Below are positions 17,493 through 28,072 of a stretch of DNA of 39,628 bases, in pieces; position 1 is the stretch's first letter, and each line of letters begins with the position of its first letter. Both the position numbers and the translations under genes were made by a program. A model generated the notes under the pieces. The model worked only from the letters and a program-made list of their open reading frames with translations. It searched no databases and was not told where the DNA came from. Origin of the DNA: Candidatus Sungiibacteriota bacterium (GTDB lineage Bacteria > Patescibacteriota > Minisyncoccia > Sungbacterales > HO2-52-23); contig JACPYI010000022.1 in the NCBI GenBank assembly GCA_016196115.1, positions 1 to 39,628 of the forward strand. Direction: 5' to 3'.

Positions 17493-19739
17493 ATGGAATC
17501 ACATAAGTATTCGAAGGTGGTCGAGGGGAAGACGCTCCATGTGGAGCTGACCAACTGGGCCGAGCAGGCCAACGGGTCGGCGCTGGTGCGGCTGGGGGAT
17601 ACGCTTATCCTGGCGACTGCGGTGATGAATCCGCATCAGCGGGAGGGAGGGGATTGGTTTCCGCTCATGGTGGACTATGAGGAGAAGTTTTACGCGGCGG
17701 GAAAAATACTCGGCTCGCGGTTTGTGAAGCGCGAGACCCGGCCGTCGGAGGAGGCGATTTTGACCTCGCGGTTGATCGACCGCTCAATCCGGCCGCGGTT
17801 TGACATGCGTATGCGGAACGAGGTGCAGATCGTGGTAACCGTGCTCTCCATAGACGATGAGCACGATCCGGATGTGCTGGCGCTCTTTGCCGCATCGCTC
17901 GCGCTCTCGCTTTCCAACATTCCGTGGGACGGCCCCACGGCAGGCGCGCGCGTAGGCATCATAGACGGCAAAATGGTGCTCAACCCAACGTATCAAGAGC
18001 GCCAAAAAGCGACGCTCGACGTTATCTTTTCCGGCACGGCGGATCGCATCAATATGCTTGAAGCGGGCGCGTCTGAAGTATCAGAAGACCGGTTTGCCGA
18101 AGCAATTGGGTTTGGCTATCGGTCCATTCAGGAATTGACCGCATTTCAGAAAGAGATTTGCCGTGAACACAAAAAAGAAAAAGCGATCGTGCCGCTCTCC
18201 ACGCCGTCGCCGGAGATGATTGAGCTTTTTGAAAAAGAGTTTAGCGCGGCTGTTGAGAACGCGGTGTACCAAAAAAACCGCCCCGCTACGCCGGAGCTTC
18301 AGCGAGGCGAGCATGCGGCACATGAATCAACCGATTCGGTGCGGAAGGCATGGCTTGCGAGGGCGCAAGAAGCATTGTCTGATTCGTTTGTGAAGGGAAC
18401 TGCGGAGTTCCTCATGGAAGAAAAGGTGAACGACATCGTGCACGAGCGCATCATCAAGAAAAACGAGCGCCCGGACGGACGCACCCCCGAAGAGCTGCGG
18501 TCGCTCAACGCCTCCGCAGGACTTTTGCCCCGCACGCACGGCTCCGGACTGTTCATGCGCGGCGAGACGCATGTGCTTTCCTTATTGACGCTTGGCGCGC
18601 CCGGCGACCAGCAGATTGTGGAGGGCATGGAGATCCGTACTAAAAAGCGATTCTTGCACCATTACAATTTTCCGCCCTTCTCAACCGGCGAGGTCAAGCC
18701 CATGCGAGGTCCCGGACGGCGCGAAATCGGGCACGGCGCGCTTGCGGGGCGGGCATTGGCGCCATTGATCCCTTCTGCCGATGAATTCCCCTATACCATC
18801 CGCATCGTGTCCGAGGTGCTTTCGTCAAACGGCTCCTCATCTATGGCATCGGTGTGCGGCTCATCGCTCGCGCTCATGGATGCCGGAGTGCCAATTAAAA
18901 AACACGCGGCGGGTGCGGCCATGGGACTTATGATGAACTCGATGACTGGAGAGTACAAAGTGCTCACCGATATCCAAGGGCCGGAGGATCGTTTCGGCGA
19001 CATGGATTTCAAAGTGGCGGGCACGCGCGACGGGATTACGGCCGTGCAGATGGACGTGAAGATCGAGGGCATCACGATCGAGATTTTGCGCGATGCATTG
19101 AGCCATGCCCATCGGACACGAATGCAGATATTGGACATGATGGAATCGGTCATCTCGCAGCCGCGCGAGAATTTGTCCGAGTGGGCGCCGCGCATTATCA
19201 CGCTCAAGATCAACCCGGAAAAGATCGGCGCGCTCATCGGACCCGGCGGCAAGATCATCAACGAGATCATCGCCAAAACCGGCGTGCAGATCGACATCGA
19301 AGAGGATGGAACCGTGTTTGTCACCTCCGAGAAAGAGGCGGGCATGGCCGAAGCGCTCGCCATGATCAAGCAAATCACCCGCGAGCTGAAACCAGGCGAG
19401 CTGGTGGAAGGGCAGGTGACCCGCTTGCTTGATTTCGGCGCGTTTGTCGAGATCGGTCCCCGGCAGGAAGGTTTGATCCATATCTCGGAGCTTGCCCCGT
19501 GGCACGTCGAGCGCGTAACGGACATTCTCAACATGGGCGACACCACGCAGGCGATCGTCAAGAACATCGACGATCAGGGACGCATTAATCTTTCTTTGAA
19601 GGATGTGCCCGGGCGATACTCCGACACGGACATCGCCACCGCCCGCCAGCGCCAACCTGGCCGGTCAGGCGGCGATATGCCGCGCAACAATGGCCACCGG
19701 GGACGCGGTCCGCGAAATTATGACAGACGAAGAACATAA
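17493..19739 (+). CDS. pnp: polyribonucleotide nucleotidyltransferase
   Basis: FPLMVDYEEK, SRLIDRSIRP, HHYNFPPFSTGE, RREIGHG, GDMDFKVAG, KH and S1 domains. Confidence 0.98.
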   Translation: MESHKYSKVVEGKTLHVELTNWAEQANGSALVRLGDTLILATAVMNPHQREGGDWFPLMVDYEEKFYAAGKILGSRFVKRETRPSEEAILTSRLIDRSIRPRFDMRMRNEVQIVVTVLSIDDEHDPDVLALFAASLALSLSNIPWDGPTAGARVGIIDGKMVLNPTYQERQKATLDVIFSGTADRINMLEAGASEVSEDRFAEAIGFGYRSIQELTAFQKEICREHKKEKAIVPLSTPSPEMIELFEKEFSAAVENAVYQKNRPATPELQRGEHAAHESTDSVRKAWLARAQEALSDSFVKGTAEFLMEEKVNDIVHERIIKKNERPDGRTPEELRSLNASAGLLPRTHGSGLFMRGETHVLSLLTLGAPGDQQIVEGMEIRTKKRFLHHYNFPPFSTGEVKPMRGPGRREIGHGALAGRALAPLIPSADEFPYTIRIVSEVLSSNGSSSMASVCGSSLALMDAGVPIKKHAAGAAMGLMMNSMTGEYKVLTDIQGPEDRFGDMDFKVAGTRDGITAVQMDVKIEGITIEILRDALSHAHRTRMQILDMMESVISQPRENLSEWAPRIITLKINPEKIGALIGPGGKIINEIIAKTGVQIDIEEDGTVFVTSEKEAGMAEALAMIKQITRELKPGELVEGQVTRLLDFGAFVEIGPRQEGLIHISELAPWHVERVTDILNMGDTTQAIVKNIDDQGRINLSLKDVPGRYSDTDIATARQRQPGRSGGDMPRNNGHRGRGPRNYDRRRT

Positions 19740-20682
19740 AACCGATAAGACGTCGACGCACCCGGCTATCCGGACCATGAGTTCGGATATTGATGAACTT
19801 CTCAAAACCAGCAGGCCAACGATCTCGCAGATGATCACCAAAGAGACTCAGTCAGCCATGCCGAGCGAGCACCGGATTCCGGCAATGCCGCCGAGACGGC
19901 CCAGGATGGGTCCAGTCGTAATCATAATCGGCGTCTTGCTCATTGTCGGTTTTATCGGAGGAGGAGTCCGGTATTTCCTGCCGACCGCCAACCCTTCCGT
20001 TACGTCGCCAGGTACAACTCCGGGATCACCAGCGGTTCCTGTCCCGCCCGGCACCCCGCAGCCCACACCTGTGCCCGTACCTCCCCCGCAGCCGCTTTTC
20101 AGCACGGATGCCTCGCGCACTATCACGATTCCCGACAATGACCGTTCGGTTTTTCTCAAGCTCGTAACCGATACTCTCCAAGAGCCGGAACAGACTGGCA
20201 CGGTCAAGCGCATCCTGATCAAGCTGCAACCTGCCCGCGCGGGCAGGGAAGGACAAAGCGAGCATTACGCAAGCATCGTGGAGTTCTTTAATCTGTGGCA
20301 CATTACAGCCCCGCAGAATTTTCTGCAGCATCTCGATCCCGCGTTCATGTTTTTCGTCTATTACGGATCCGACGGCCCTCGCATCGGCTTCGCGACCAAA
20401 ACTCGGGACCCGGCCCGCACCCTGAGCGATATTTTTGCATGGGAACAATCACTCATCTCGGATTTCGCGCCGTTTTTCTTTCAAGAGCAGACCAAACCGC
20501 CGGATCCCTCCCTTTTTGAGGATCGCACCTTTTCAAACACCGACTGGCGCTATATGAAACTATCAACCCAAAAAGACCTGGGCATCGGCTATCTCATCTT
20601 CCAAGCCAACCGCCTGGTCATATTCACCACCAGCAAAACATCCATGGAGCGCATCATCAAAACGCTCTATGGAACGCAGTGA
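19720..20682 (+). CDS. membrane-anchored hypothetical protein with Pro-rich linker
   Basis: IRTMSSDI N-terminal motif, one TM, Pro-rich linker; start MTDEEHK overlaps the end of pnp. Confidence 0.75.
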   Translation: MTDEEHKTDKTSTHPAIRTMSSDIDELLKTSRPTISQMITKETQSAMPSEHRIPAMPPRRPRMGPVVIIIGVLLIVGFIGGGVRYFLPTANPSVTSPGTTPGSPAVPVPPGTPQPTPVPVPPPQPLFSTDASRTITIPDNDRSVFLKLVTDTLQEPEQTGTVKRILIKLQPARAGREGQSEHYASIVEFFNLWHITAPQNFLQHLDPAFMFFVYYGSDGPRIGFATKTRDPARTLSDIFAWEQSLISDFAPFFFQEQTKPPDPSLFEDRTFSNTDWRYMKLSTQKDLGIGYLIFQANRLVIFTTSKTSMERIIKTLYGTQ

Positions 20683-20721
20683 CATTTTGACGGAGATATA
20701 CACATCGGGTAGAGTGATTAT

Positions 20722-21099
20722 ATGGACATATCCACGTTGGGACAACTACGGGTACAACTTCAGAGAGAGCATGACCGCATCTTGGCGGAATTAAAGGCAA
20801 TCGCGACTCCGAGCGCTAGCGCGCCGGGACAATGGGATGCCTCATATCCGAAATTCGAGGAAGAGGAAAGCGGCTCGCATGCGGATCGGGATAACGAGGA
20901 AGACGAGGTGGAAGAGTATGAGGAGCGTATTGGCGCCAAATCCAGCTTGGCATCGCAGCTGCTTACTATCACGCACGCGCTTGAGCGCATTGAGCACGGC
21001 GCGTACGGTACCTGTAAGAGATGCCACAATCCCATTCCGCTCGAACGCCTCCTTGCAAACCCGGCTGCCGAATATGACATTGCTCACGAGCCCCTGTAG
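20722..21099 (+). CDS. DksA/TraR-family protein
   Basis: Coiled coil with acidic tip; ALERIEHGAYGTCKRCHNPIPLERLLANP. Confidence 0.88.
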   Translation: MDISTLGQLRVQLQREHDRILAELKAIATPSASAPGQWDASYPKFEEEESGSHADRDNEEDEVEEYEERIGAKSSLASQLLTITHALERIEHGAYGTCKRCHNPIPLERLLANPAAEYDIAHEPL

Positions 21100-21254
21100 C
21101 TCCTGTGGATAACTTTCGCTTTACAGGAGTATCCGCTTCACGATACACTGAAGTAAAATCATAAGTTTCTCCTAATCGGTTCTCCGGCAGGGAGTTGTTG
21201 TGTTAGTGCAAAATCTGCACAACAAAATAAATTTCTGCACAAGAATCTTCCCTC

Positions 21255-22754
21255 ATGAAGAGATCTTTACATCAGCGATGGTCTGATATTGCAATCAATG
21301 TCGCGCTTGTGGCATTCGTGGTCGTTCCGGTGTACGCGGCGAGCACCATCGGCACCAACATTAGCACGGGCGGCACATTAAGCGTTACCGGGGCATCCAC
21401 GCTTACCGGTGCGGTTACCGCAACAGGAGGCGTTGTGTCCGGAGCCAATGTTACGGTTCCGGCCGCCTATAGTCTTGATGCGGCATCAACGGGCGTGCTC
21501 AACATCGGCACAACAACCGCCACTACGATCAACATCGGCCGCTCCGGGCAGATACAGGCGCTTCTCGGCAATGCAACTGTTGCCGGAACGCTCGGGGTAA
21601 CTGGCGTCACGACCCATACCGGCAATTTGGGCATCGGTACGACCACTCCTGGAACTCCGTTGGGCGTGACTGGTGCGGGAGTATTCACTGGGCCTCTTAC
21701 GTTCACATGGTTAAACGCTACCTCTACCACCGCAACTTCAACGCTCTCCACCGGAGGCCTTACCGTTGGCACCAACCAGTTTGTAGTACAGCAGACGAGC
21801 GGCAGCGTGGGAGTCGGGACCACCACCCCATCGCAACTCTTTTCGGTGCACGGCAATAGTTATATAAGCGGCACCCTATACTTGGGCGCGGCAGTAACCG
21901 CAACCTCTACCCTGAATGTTACCGGACTCACGACGCTGGGTAATGCTTCTACCACACAGATTGGTTCCACCGGCTCAGCATACTTTGGCACCACGAGCGG
22001 TAACGTGGGAGTCGGGACCACCACCCCATCGCAACTCTTTTCGGTGCACGGCAATAGTTATATAAGCGGCACCCTATACTTGGGCGCGGCAGTAACCGCA
22101 ACCTCTACCCTGAATGTTACCGGACTCACTACCTTGGGTAATGCTTCTACCACACAGATTGGTTCCACCGGCTCAGCATACTTTGGCACCACGAGCGGCA
22201 GCGTGGGAGTCGGGACCACCAGTCCATGGGGATTGTCGGCAATAGAACAAGGAACGGAGACGTACTCATTCGTCGTATCAAATAACGGGAGTTCTACGCC
22301 GGCGCTTTCCGTCAATGGGGTGAACGGAAATGGGAAAATCGGCGTGGGGACCACAACTCCGTACGCAGGTTTCTCCATACAATCGAATTTAGACGCCTTA
22401 AATACCGACGCATTCGTGGTCGCGACATCAAGCCGGGCCGCGGTATTCGGCATTGATAACGACGGGCATAGATTTACGAGCGGGCCCGCTCCGGCCCTGT
22501 CTTCATGCGGCACAAGCCCATCAGTCGTAGGAAGTGACGGCGGTGGTACAGTTACGAACGGCACGAGCGGTGGAGGCGCGTGCACACTGACGTTTGCAAA
22601 GGCCTTTCGAGCTACTCCCTATTGCAACGTAAACACCGGCGCCAATACCGCAAGTTCTTCGGTAACCTCAATCTCCACCAGCGCAGTTACGTTCAGCATT
22701 GTTCCAAACGTGGATAGCATCAAGTTGTACTACTCATGCGCATATCACCAATAA
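21255..22754 (+). CDS. secreted Thr/Gly-rich beta-repeat surface protein
   Basis: Signal peptide, STIGTNIST, GNVGVGTTTP repeats, 66-aa tandem duplication, Cys-containing C-terminal domain. Confidence 0.8.
   Translation: MKRSLHQRWSDIAINVALVAFVVVPVYAASTIGTNISTGGTLSVTGASTLTGAVTATGGVVSGANVTVPAAYSLDAASTGVLNIGTTTATTINIGRSGQIQALLGNATVAGTLGVTGVTTHTGNLGIGTTTPGTPLGVTGAGVFTGPLTFTWLNATSTTATSTLSTGGLTVGTNQFVVQQTSGSVGVGTTTPSQLFSVHGNSYISGTLYLGAAVTATSTLNVTGLTTLGNASTTQIGSTGSAYFGTTSGNVGVGTTTPSQLFSVHGNSYISGTLYLGAAVTATSTLNVTGLTTLGNASTTQIGSTGSAYFGTTSGSVGVGTTSPWGLSAIEQGTETYSFVVSNNGSSTPALSVNGVNGNGKIGVGTTTPYAGFSIQSNLDALNTDAFVVATSSRAAVFGIDNDGHRFTSGPAPALSSCGTSPSVVGSDGGGTVTNGTSGGGACTLTFAKAFRATPYCNVNTGANTASSSVTSISTSAVTFSIVPNVDSIKLYYSCAYHQ
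21795..22220 (+). repeat. 198-bp intragenic tandem repeat (2 copies plus partial)
   Basis: ACGAGCGG..GTGGGAGTCGGGACCACC recurs at 21795, 21993 and 22191. Confidence 0.92.
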
Positions 22755-23647
22755 TCAAAAAATTCAGCGCGATTGTTGTTGCAATTTTTGCCTTGACCCC
22801 GTGGGTAGCTTCTGCCGCAGCGGTAACAGTGTCTGATGACACCACGCTGACACTGCCAAGCGATGGCACTTCATATACTCTTGTGGCTGGAAGCACGTTT
22901 GAACAGCTTGATGTTCAAGCAGGTTCCCTTATCTTCAGTATGTCAACCGGAGAAAGTGTGACCGTAACTTCTGCAGACAAAAAAGCATTAAACCCGAACC
23001 CGGCCGTGGCCGTGACCTGTGCATCAGACAAATCGAGCGTAACGCTCACGGTTGCCTCAACGCTCCCGGCACAAGCATTCACCTTAACACCAAGCGGAAG
23101 CTGTTCCGATACCAGTTCTACGGCTCCCAACACCGGAGGAGGCGGAACTCTTATTGTCTCTTCAGCAGGGTCCGGATCTCCGCCGCCGCCAGCTCCTGCG
23201 CCCGCACCAACTCCCTCCGGAGTTACCGCCTCCTCCAAAAGCGCCGGAGTGCCCGTACCTTCGCCCACACCATCTTCGTCGGTCGCCACTCTTGCTCAAC
23301 CCGTGTTTTTCAAAAATCTCTTGCCGGGCATGCGCGGAGATGAGGTACGCCAACTCCAGACACTCTTACGCCAGGATAAAACTTTGTACCCCAATGGCAT
23401 CGTGAACGGGACATTTGGTCCCGCAACAACCCGCGCAGTAAAGAATTTCCAGAAAAAGTATGGCATTGCGCAGACCGGAACCGTAGGACCTGCAACGCGC
23501 GCAAAACTTATCCAAGTATTCGGCGGACAGGCAAAGAAGAGCAGTCCTGCGCCCAAAGCGCCTCTTTCTGCCGGCACACAAGCACTCCAGGATCAACTCA
23601 CCCGACTCCTCAAACAACTGCAGGACCTGCAGAAGAACAAAAAATAG
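22736..23647 (+). CDS. secreted peptidoglycan-binding-domain protein
   Basis: Signal peptide; GDEVRQLQTLL..GTFGPATTRAVKNFQ..GTVGPATRAKL. Confidence 0.8.
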   Translation: MRISPIIKKFSAIVVAIFALTPWVASAAAVTVSDDTTLTLPSDGTSYTLVAGSTFEQLDVQAGSLIFSMSTGESVTVTSADKKALNPNPAVAVTCASDKSSVTLTVASTLPAQAFTLTPSGSCSDTSSTAPNTGGGGTLIVSSAGSGSPPPPAPAPAPTPSGVTASSKSAGVPVPSPTPSSSVATLAQPVFFKNLLPGMRGDEVRQLQTLLRQDKTLYPNGIVNGTFGPATTRAVKNFQKKYGIAQTGTVGPATRAKLIQVFGGQAKKSSPAPKAPLSAGTQALQDQLTRLLKQLQDLQKNKK

Positions 23648-23653
23648 GATTGC

Positions 23654-25177
23654 ATGGCCGTTACTATACACTCCGCACAGGTTGTCGGGCTTGATGCAAG
23701 GATCATCTCGGTCGAGCTGGACATCACTCCGGGGCTGCATATTTTTACGATTGTCGGCCTCGCTGACAAAGAAGTACAGGAATCGCGCGAGCGTATTACC
23801 GCGGCGATTCAGAATCTTGGAGCGCTTGCCCCGCACAAAAAATCACAGCGCGTCATTGTCAATCTTGCGCCGGCCGACATCAAAAAGGAGGGGCCGGCGT
23901 TTGATTTGCCGATTGCGCTTGGTTTTCTGCTCGCATCAGGACAGATCGCGTTTGATCCGCGCCACACGGTTTTTCTTGGGGAGCTGGGACTTGACGGCGG
24001 AATTCGCAAGGTCTCGGGCATTCTTGCCTCAACCCTGGCAAGCCGCGATGCAGGATTTGGGCGCATCATACTGCCCAAGGGCAACGGAGCCGAGGCATCG
24101 CTCGTGGCTGGCATCACCATTTACGAGGTAACGAGTTTACAGGAGACCGTTGAATTCCTGACCGGCAGAAAAACGCTTGAAGTGTTCCCGGCGCATGCGC
24201 ACACGCAAGAAAAACTTCCGGATATGGCGGCGGACTATCGTCACATCAAAGGACAGGAAAAAGCAAAGCGCGGTCTTGAGGTTGCGGCAGCCGGGAATCA
24301 TAACGCACTTATGGTAGGCCCGCCGGGCGGGGGCAAAACATTGCTTGCGCAGGCGTTACCCTCGATCCTGCCGCCACTCTCGTTTGAAGAGTGCCTTGAA
24401 GTTACCAAAATCTACAGTATCAGCGGCAAATTATCCGACAACACGCCGTTTATCCGCGAACGCCCATTTCGCAACCCGCACCATACCGCATCATACACCG
24501 CGGTCATCGGCGGGGGTACGCACCCGCGGCCCGGCGAGGCCACGCTTGCGCACCGCGGCGTTTTATTTCTCGACGAATTCCCCGAGTTTGACCGCCGCGT
24601 GATCGAGTCGCTCCGCCAGCCCCTTGAGGAACGCGCCATTACGGTTGCGCGTTCGCAGGGCACGCACGTGTTCCCGGCGCAATTCATGCTTATTGCGGCC
24701 ATGAACCCGTGCCCGTGCGGCAACTTTGGCAACCCAATCAAGGACTGCGCATGCTCGCCCGGCTCAGTTATCCGTTACAAAAAGAAAATCTCCGGCCCCA
24801 TGCTTGATCGCATTGACATCCACATTGATACGCCCGCCGTGGAGTACGAAAAACTGGAAGGCGCCGAAGGAGAACCGTCCGAAAAGATACGCGCGCGCAT
24901 TGCCGCGGCCCGGACGCTTCAGGCAGACCGGTTTCAAGATCTCCCCATTACCACCAACGCCGAAATGGGTCTGCGCGAGATCAAACAATTCATCCGCATC
25001 AAAGATGCCCTGAAGCCCATCCTCCGCCTGGCCCACGAACGTTACCAACTCTCGGCCCGCGCCTACCACCGCGTCCTCAAAGTAAGCCGCACCATCGCCG
25101 ACCTTGCCGGCTCCCCGGATATCGAGGCATCGCATCTGACCGAAGCCCTGCAATATAGACCACGGGCGGAAGTATAG
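23654..25177 (+). CDS. comM: YifB/ComM Mg-chelatase-like AAA+ ATPase
   Basis: VNLAPADIKKEG..FDLPIA, GPPGGGKT, PFRNPHH, LAHRGVLFLDE, AAMNPCPCG. Confidence 0.93.
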   Translation: MAVTIHSAQVVGLDARIISVELDITPGLHIFTIVGLADKEVQESRERITAAIQNLGALAPHKKSQRVIVNLAPADIKKEGPAFDLPIALGFLLASGQIAFDPRHTVFLGELGLDGGIRKVSGILASTLASRDAGFGRIILPKGNGAEASLVAGITIYEVTSLQETVEFLTGRKTLEVFPAHAHTQEKLPDMAADYRHIKGQEKAKRGLEVAAAGNHNALMVGPPGGGKTLLAQALPSILPPLSFEECLEVTKIYSISGKLSDNTPFIRERPFRNPHHTASYTAVIGGGTHPRPGEATLAHRGVLFLDEFPEFDRRVIESLRQPLEERAITVARSQGTHVFPAQFMLIAAMNPCPCGNFGNPIKDCACSPGSVIRYKKKISGPMLDRIDIHIDTPAVEYEKLEGAEGEPSEKIRARIAAARTLQADRFQDLPITTNAEMGLREIKQFIRIKDALKPILRLAHERYQLSARAYHRVLKVSRTIADLAGSPDIEASHLTEALQYRPRAEV

Positions 25178-25204
25178 CGCATGGAGTGATCATTTTCTAA
25201 AGCA

Positions 25205-25891
25205 ATGAAACAAACAAGGCAACGTTTTACTAAATCAGAACAACACGTCAGAGATGCGTTCATAGCGCATCTGAAAATCACGAAACGCAAAACCGCCAAA
25301 CCGGTTGTGGTTGCCATGATCGGATTAGTCGGCTCCGGGAAAAGTTTTGTAGCGCGGGAACTCGCACCCATGCTCGGAGCAACAATCATCGAATACGACC
25401 GGATACGCATTCAACTGCGAAAGGCGCATCTCTCATATGATCATGTGGCCGTAATCGCCGAAGACGCGGCGCGGGTGATTATCTTGCGCGGCGGAAACGT
25501 CATCCCGGATTCCGACTTCGTAGATAGAGGAAAGCAAGCGGTGCTTCGACATACTGCGCGAGAAATCCGCACATCTGCGCTTTTTGTACGCGTAACATGC
25601 GATCCGGACATCATGGTCGGGCGCATTCTTGCATCAAACCAAAAACATGATTTATTTTTTAGAAATGCATCTTCGTCGTGGAAGGGTCCTGCCCGACAGA
25701 GAGCTGCGGTAGTTAAAATTCGTGAGATGCTCCGCCGCATCCCGCATCACTACCGATGGAGTGACCACAACGGCGGCACATGGGAATTAAAAAAGTTATC
25801 CCCCTTGCCCTTTGCCGAAATCGATACGGGCAATATGGGGTGGAGACACAAAGTAACGTATATCGCCAAACAAATTTATAGAGACGTATAG
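25205..25891 (+). CDS. P-loop kinase (AAA_33-like)
   Basis: MIGLVGSGKS, DRIRIQL, VIPDS. Confidence 0.7.
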   Translation: MKQTRQRFTKSEQHVRDAFIAHLKITKRKTAKPVVVAMIGLVGSGKSFVARELAPMLGATIIEYDRIRIQLRKAHLSYDHVAVIAEDAARVIILRGGNVIPDSDFVDRGKQAVLRHTAREIRTSALFVRVTCDPDIMVGRILASNQKHDLFFRNASSSWKGPARQRAAVVKIREMLRRIPHHYRWSDHNGGTWELKKLSPLPFAEIDTGNMGWRHKVTYIAKQIYRDV

Positions 25892-25976
25892 ATCGGAGTA
25901 CGCTTTGACAATCACCGCAAGAAAGCGTAGAGAGGAAAGAAAGCACTTTGACTTAACTATAGAAGGAGAACCGGAA

Positions 25977-26702
25977 ATGAGTGAACAGATCGCCGCTGCG
26001 GAGCGGGAACGATACGAACGAGCCGTGCAGGGATTAGATCAGGCGATTTATGAGCTGACTTGGTTGGGACAATTATGGGGTCCACGTGGAGTACTTGCCC
26101 TAGAACGCACGAGGAGGCATTATCTTCTTTTATTGGGCAGACACGCAGATGCGCTCAGCACCACCTCAAGCACATTTTTTGCGGCGGGCGGCGATGCTCA
26201 CGCTCGCGCGCGCAATTATGGATTTCCGCTTAAAATCATATTACTCCCGGTGGCAAAATATTTTTTTGAGCGCTCATTTTTGCTCACCAAAAAACTTATT
26301 CGCGACTATGGCTATGATCAGTTAAGCACAAATAAGGTCGATTTTATCGCACACGGCCTTACACGCAAAAAATATTACGAGCAGGCAACCGCATGTATGA
26401 ATATCGTTCTTGCGCGACCGGATGCTACGCCAAACAACAAAGCCCTCATGTATCGTTTAGCCGCAGACATAGAAATATCCCGCGGAGAATATAGGCTGGC
26501 GGAGCGAGACGTCGCGCGTGCGCTGGAGCTTCGCTCCTCCCTCGGTCCCGAAACAATAATACGCATTCTTCGTACGCAGGCACTACTCGAGAAAGCTCGG
26601 GGTAATCCCGCCAACGCAGAAAGAATCCAGCGCGAGATACGTCAAATTTCCCGCGAACAGGCGCTTCCGGGGCAAGACAAAAAAAGTCAGGCTGGTTTAT
26701 AG
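25977..26702 (+). CDS. hypothetical helical/TPR-like protein
   Basis: AGGAGA before ATG25977; GEYRLAERDVARALEL TPR-like helix. Confidence 0.55.
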   Translation: MSEQIAAAERERYERAVQGLDQAIYELTWLGQLWGPRGVLALERTRRHYLLLLGRHADALSTTSSTFFAAGGDAHARARNYGFPLKIILLPVAKYFFERSFLLTKKLIRDYGYDQLSTNKVDFIAHGLTRKKYYEQATACMNIVLARPDATPNNKALMYRLAADIEISRGEYRLAERDVARALELRSSLGPETIIRILRTQALLEKARGNPANAERIQREIRQISREQALPGQDKKSQAGL

Positions 26703-26791
26703 GTTTATGGTTTTTCCCGAACAAGCAAATGATAAGAGACGGTCTCCCGTCTCTGTTTTTATCTTTATGATGTGATTTTTGGAAACGACCA

Positions 26792-27934
26792 TCAAAACAA
26801 ATTCCTCGCCCCGCGGATTTCAAAATGCACGTGGCAGCCGGTGGAATTGCCGGTGGAGCCGATGGCGCCGATCTGGGTGGCCTGGTCTATGCGCTGACCG
26901 GCTGCGGCGAGCACGGCGCTCAGATGCGCGTACAGGGTTTGGGTTCCGTTTCCGTGGCTGATTACGACGTATTTTCCATATCCGCCGTTCCAGCCGGACG
27001 TGCGGGCGATGATCACGATACCGTCGGCGGACGCGAGCACGGGCAGGCCGCACGAGTTGGCAAGGTCAATTCCGTTATAGCCGTGAATCCCGCGCGAATG
27101 TCTGCCGCCGATAATCGGACGCAGATAATACCCGCGATACTCGGGAAGGTTTGCAAAGCGCGAACCGCCTCCACCCCCGGAAGAACCGGGACGCGGCGGC
27201 TTTGAAGGAACTTGTACCGTAAGCTCCCCGTCGGGAATCAGAATGGTGCTTCCCGGCTCAAGCGCTTCATTAATTGCAAGATCATTAAAACTTGAGATGT
27301 CTGCCTTAAAACTTAAGATGTCTTGCTCGTCAGTCATGTCTTTAGGCTTGAATTTTTTCACGATCGAGTCGAACGTATCGCCTTTTCTCACCTCATATTG
27401 GATTCCGGAAACCGGCAGAACAACCAGGGTGTCGCCGACTCCGATCTCGGACACACTCTTCAAATCGTTTGCCCAGAGCAGGGTGTTCAATGAAATGCCA
27501 AACTTGTTGGCAATACCCCTGCCCGTATCTCCGGACTGCACCACATACGGGATAATTTTGTCCTGGCCGTTTTCCGACATGATGCCAAGAGGATTGAGCG
27601 ACCCTACGAGGGCGCTGTCCTGGACCACGGCAAGCGGGGATGGGTCCGGATCGGTTTTCTTGCCGTCACTGCCAACCTCATCGGGCTGCTGGCTGACTTG
27701 GCGACTTCCCAAGAGCGGGAGCGAGATGGTTGCGGCGCTCCGACTCGAGTCGGAGACCGCAACTGCGCTGTCCGGCAAGAAAAACTTTGCCAAATTTGAA
27801 AAAAAACCGGCCCGTGCATGGGCTGGAATAATAAGCGCGCCGATTACAACTATATATGAAGCCGCTACAAGCTGTTGCTTGATACACCGCGTTCGCTGTA
27901 TGCTCATTCTTTTAGGTAAGCCGTTTTTCGCCAT
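26792..27934 (-). CDS. LysM-domain M23 metallopeptidase
   Basis: YVVQSGDT..IANKFG and YEVRKGDT LysM domains; HGYNGIDL, GYGKYV, YAHL, GNSTGCHVHFE. Confidence 0.9.
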   Translation of the reverse strand: MAKNGLPKRMSIQRTRCIKQQLVAASYIVVIGALIIPAHARAGFFSNLAKFFLPDSAVAVSDSSRSAATISLPLLGSRQVSQQPDEVGSDGKKTDPDPSPLAVVQDSALVGSLNPLGIMSENGQDKIIPYVVQSGDTGRGIANKFGISLNTLLWANDLKSVSEIGVGDTLVVLPVSGIQYEVRKGDTFDSIVKKFKPKDMTDEQDILSFKADISSFNDLAINEALEPGSTILIPDGELTVQVPSKPPRPGSSGGGGGSRFANLPEYRGYYLRPIIGGRHSRGIHGYNGIDLANSCGLPVLASADGIVIIARTSGWNGGYGKYVVISHGNGTQTLYAHLSAVLAAAGQRIDQATQIGAIGSTGNSTGCHVHFEIRGARNLF

Positions 27935-28072
27935 AAAAACAAAAAGCGCGTATCGCTTCTCTCTATACTACCCCATGCCAAGCCCAGCGTCAACGTTTGT
28001 TGTGCACACATTATTCACAGCGCAAAAACCGCAATTTTTGCCTAGGGACATCTCTTTCTGTTACTCTGAAGC

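Noticed and set aside
18791-19655. Long antisense ORFs over pnp (and similar ones over infC, polX, comM, M23)
   Set aside because: Shadow frames of GC-rich conserved genes with no recognisable motifs
23654-25177. comM interrupted by a mobile element (a known hotspot)
   Set aside because: The ORF is full-length and uninterrupted
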